Positions 54,685 to 56,728 of a stretch of 56,728 nucleotides of DNA are shown here, in pieces (positions within the stretch are counted from its first letter, which is position 1; each line of letters opens with the position of its first letter). The DNA comes from a virus. Taxonomy: Duplodnaviria > Caudoviricetes. The position numbers were made by a program, and so were the translations under genes. The DNA lies in the IMG/VR virus record IMGVR_UViG_3300014818_000012, positions 1-56,728 of that record. The stretch is one strand, 5' to 3'. The notes under the pieces were generated by a model. It was not told the origin of the DNA and made no database searches. It saw only the letters and a program-made list of their open reading frames with translations.

Positions 54685-55905
54685 TTAGTTAGTTAATTTT
54701 ATTGCTGTCATTTTACCCTGATTCATATCTTCCATAATTCGCCCTGTTGAATCAACAAGCCATATAACTGGTACCTTCAAAGCATAAAATGCCATAACGT
54801 CTTCTGTTGACAGATATCCGTCTGTTGTTACTACTATGGCGTTGTAAGAAACTTTGTGCTCTTTAAAGGAGTCAATAGCAGGGGATAGGAAAGTACCCCC
54901 CATAGCCTTACGTTCTACAACTTTAGACTTTTTATTAAGTGCCTCTGGAGCAGTAGGGGTTGTGTCTACCTGCACCATTTGAACTGGTGTGTTATAGGTG
55001 TGGCAGATATTTATAATCTCCCCCCATAACTCTTTTAGTGCGGATTCAGAAACTGATCCAGACACATCTGATACAACAGCTAGTTCAAAGATACGATCTT
55101 TAGTCTTGCCTTTAATCCAGTTTGCAAATGGTAAACGTCTATCACGACGCATAAGTGTTTTACGGGTATTAGCTTTTTTATTGCCTACAATTCTACGAAG
55201 TACTTGTTTCCAATTAACTTCTCTACGAATTGTAAGATTCTCAACCATACCTGAATAGTTACTAGGTAGGCTGCCCATACTTTTAATAGTATCATTGGCT
55301 GCTTTCTCTACCATTTTTTTAGTTATTTCAGTTTGTACATACTCGTCCCCTTCGCTTTCTTGCCAAAGGTCATGGTCATCTAAAAGTGCCCCTTTTTCTG
55401 CAACGCTAGAAGAGCCAAACTCTTTATCCCCTAGCCCCTCTTCGGGAGTGTTCTCCAGAAGGTTGTAATAAAACTCTGATGTTTGTTTCCAGTGGTTGTT
55501 AGCCTCAGGGGCAGGATAGTTATCTGGGTATATAACACCTTTAGGTAGATGGCCTCTATCGATTTCTTGGTTAAGAGCACAATCCGCCGCATAGTTAAAC
55601 TTAACGTGGTTAGTGTTTTCATCCTTGCCTCGAAGTATGTGCCCTAAAGCAATATGTAGCATCTCATGCTTTATTACTCCTATACGTTGCTCCAAAGGGA
55701 ACAGCTTGTAGGCATCTAGGTTAATATACAAGTTGTAAGCACCATTAGTAAAGTTAACTCCCATAGGAGCTTTAAGGGTATCGTCAAATACTACCCGGCA
55801 CTGCGACAGCACATGCATGTAAAACACATACTCCTTGTAAAAAGGAGTAGAGGCTATAGACATGTTAGCTACTGCTTCGTCAAAAACGTTACGATCATTA
55901 GACAT
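54685..55905 (-). CDS. Metallopeptidase-vWA domain protein (AAA+ partner)
   Basis: HEMLH, MIDAS DVSGS, GGT and TDG motifs. Confidence 0.88.
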   Translation of the reverse strand: MSNDRNVFDEAVANMSIASTPFYKEYVFYMHVLSQCRVVFDDTLKAPMGVNFTNGAYNLYINLDAYKLFPLEQRIGVIKHEMLHIALGHILRGKDENTNHVKFNYAADCALNQEIDRGHLPKGVIYPDNYPAPEANNHWKQTSEFYYNLLENTPEEGLGDKEFGSSSVAEKGALLDDHDLWQESEGDEYVQTEITKKMVEKAANDTIKSMGSLPSNYSGMVENLTIRREVNWKQVLRRIVGNKKANTRKTLMRRDRRLPFANWIKGKTKDRIFELAVVSDVSGSVSESALKELWGEIINICHTYNTPVQMVQVDTTPTAPEALNKKSKVVERKAMGGTFLSPAIDSFKEHKVSYNAIVVTTDGYLSTEDVMAFYALKVPVIWLVDSTGRIMEDMNQGKMTAIKLTN

Positions 55906-55922
55906 ACTTAGCCTCTCTATAA

Positions 55923-56411
55923 TTAAATAGGTTTTACTCGATTAATAGTATTAACATGTCGGATAGAGCCTACTTTACTGCCCATACGGGATATAGCGGC
56001 TTGTGATACCTTGCGGTAAGTACCCCAAGTCCCATCATCAGTCCTAGCTTTAAGTTTAGCCTCAAGTCTAGTAGTGCAGTGGCTATTAATGTCCACTTCA
56101 GCACTATAACGAATTACAGTATTCTTAGTGGTATCTTTCTTTGCTATACTAAATTCACTATAATAGTCTCTTGATTTCATATACAGTCCATTCTCCCGTA
56201 GCAGGGCGTTAACGTCCATTTGGGCCGTCACTAGCTTCAGGTTAAATCTATGCATATCTGCGTAAGTACCGTTCGGGCTGTCCCCTACAAGGGCAAACAT
56301 TTTTATAAATTCCGTACGAGACAGAGTACGCCCAGCTGCAAACTTAGCTCGGTTTCTGCTAATAATATCGTTGTATTTTTGAAGTCTAAGTTGTTTAATA
56401 GTAAGTGACAT
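55923..56411 (-). CDS. Hypothetical basic protein (162 aa)
   Basis: ORF with AGGAA RBS. Confidence 0.7.
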   Translation of the reverse strand: MSLTIKQLRLQKYNDIISRNRAKFAAGRTLSRTEFIKMFALVGDSPNGTYADMHRFNLKLVTAQMDVNALLRENGLYMKSRDYYSEFSIAKKDTTKNTVIRYSAEVDINSHCTTRLEAKLKARTDDGTWGTYRKVSQAAISRMGSKVGSIRHVNTINRVKPI

Positions 56412-56463
56412 AGTAGTTTTCCTATCTTAATGGTTGATTTTTGGTTGATTTATGGCATTAGTT

Positions 56464-56658
56464 TTACTGCCATTGGTAGTCTTCTTCGTGCTCCCATGAG
56501 CAAACATCACTAGGTTTAGCACCTGTGTCATATTCGTTGGTGGGTTGTCCCGTATGGTCAATAGCCATGTATAAACGACTTAACCGTGCAGAATTCCGCT
56601 TCATCATTTGCTGCTTAGTTTTAAGTTTACGTAAGACTGTCTTTGTTGATTTTTTCAT
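56464..56658 (-). CDS. Hypothetical protein (64 aa)
   Basis: GGAG RBS; TAATG coupling with the upstream ORF. Confidence 0.55.
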   Translation of the reverse strand: MKKSTKTVLRKLKTKQQMMKRNSARLSRLYMAIDHTGQPTNEYDTGAKPSDVCSWEHEEDYQWQ

Positions 56659-56728
56659 TATTGTTTCTCCGCCTCTTCAATCCACATACTCAGTACATGT
56701 TGTGCTTTTTTTAACTGCTCAACTTTAT
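56658..56728 (-). CDS. 3' end of a CDS entering from the right edge
   Basis: Open frame ...KVEQLKKAQHVLSMWIEEAEKQ*. Confidence 0.45.
   Translation of the reverse strand, partial: KVEQLKKAQHVLSMWIEEAEKQ

Noticed and set aside
33961-55258. Plus-strand and alternate-frame ORFs within the replication block
   Set aside because: They lie largely or wholly within well-supported genes and have no independent signals
1-56728. Alternative genetic code, or a prophage with host genes
   Set aside because: Genes are intact under the standard code with TAA, TAG and TGA stops; no integrase, repressor or host housekeeping genes in the window

Overview
The window is most of the genome of a lytic N4-like (Schitoviridae-type) podophage with two convergent blocks. 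The + strand (668-32514) is the late block: holin and endolysin, portal, scaffold, major capsid protein, a tail/fibre cluster and ejection proteins. It follows the N4 gene order and ends in a giant virion RNA polymerase split into two genes (20719-28179 and 28195-32514). The - strand (32658 to the window end) carries replication and nucleotide-metabolism genes: class Ia RNR, split family A DNA polymerase, UvrD-like helicase, helicase-primase fusion, SSB, Sak4-like and Cas4-like recombination proteins, rIIA, ThyX, PhoH, and an AAA+/vWA pair interrupted by a GIY-YIG homing endonuclease. Terminase and the N4-type RNAP II subunits are not in the window. Four observations stand out. (1) The only cysteines seen in about 3,900 aa of split vRNAP flank the split. 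(2) A tandem, covarying pseudoknotted RNA motif lies between the polymerase and resolvase genes. (3) An unannotated micro-ORF resembles the capsid protein N-terminus. (4) The endonuclease insertion left a dead AAA+ start and a replacement start, probably at ATC. All family calls come from motif recognition by eye, without database searches.
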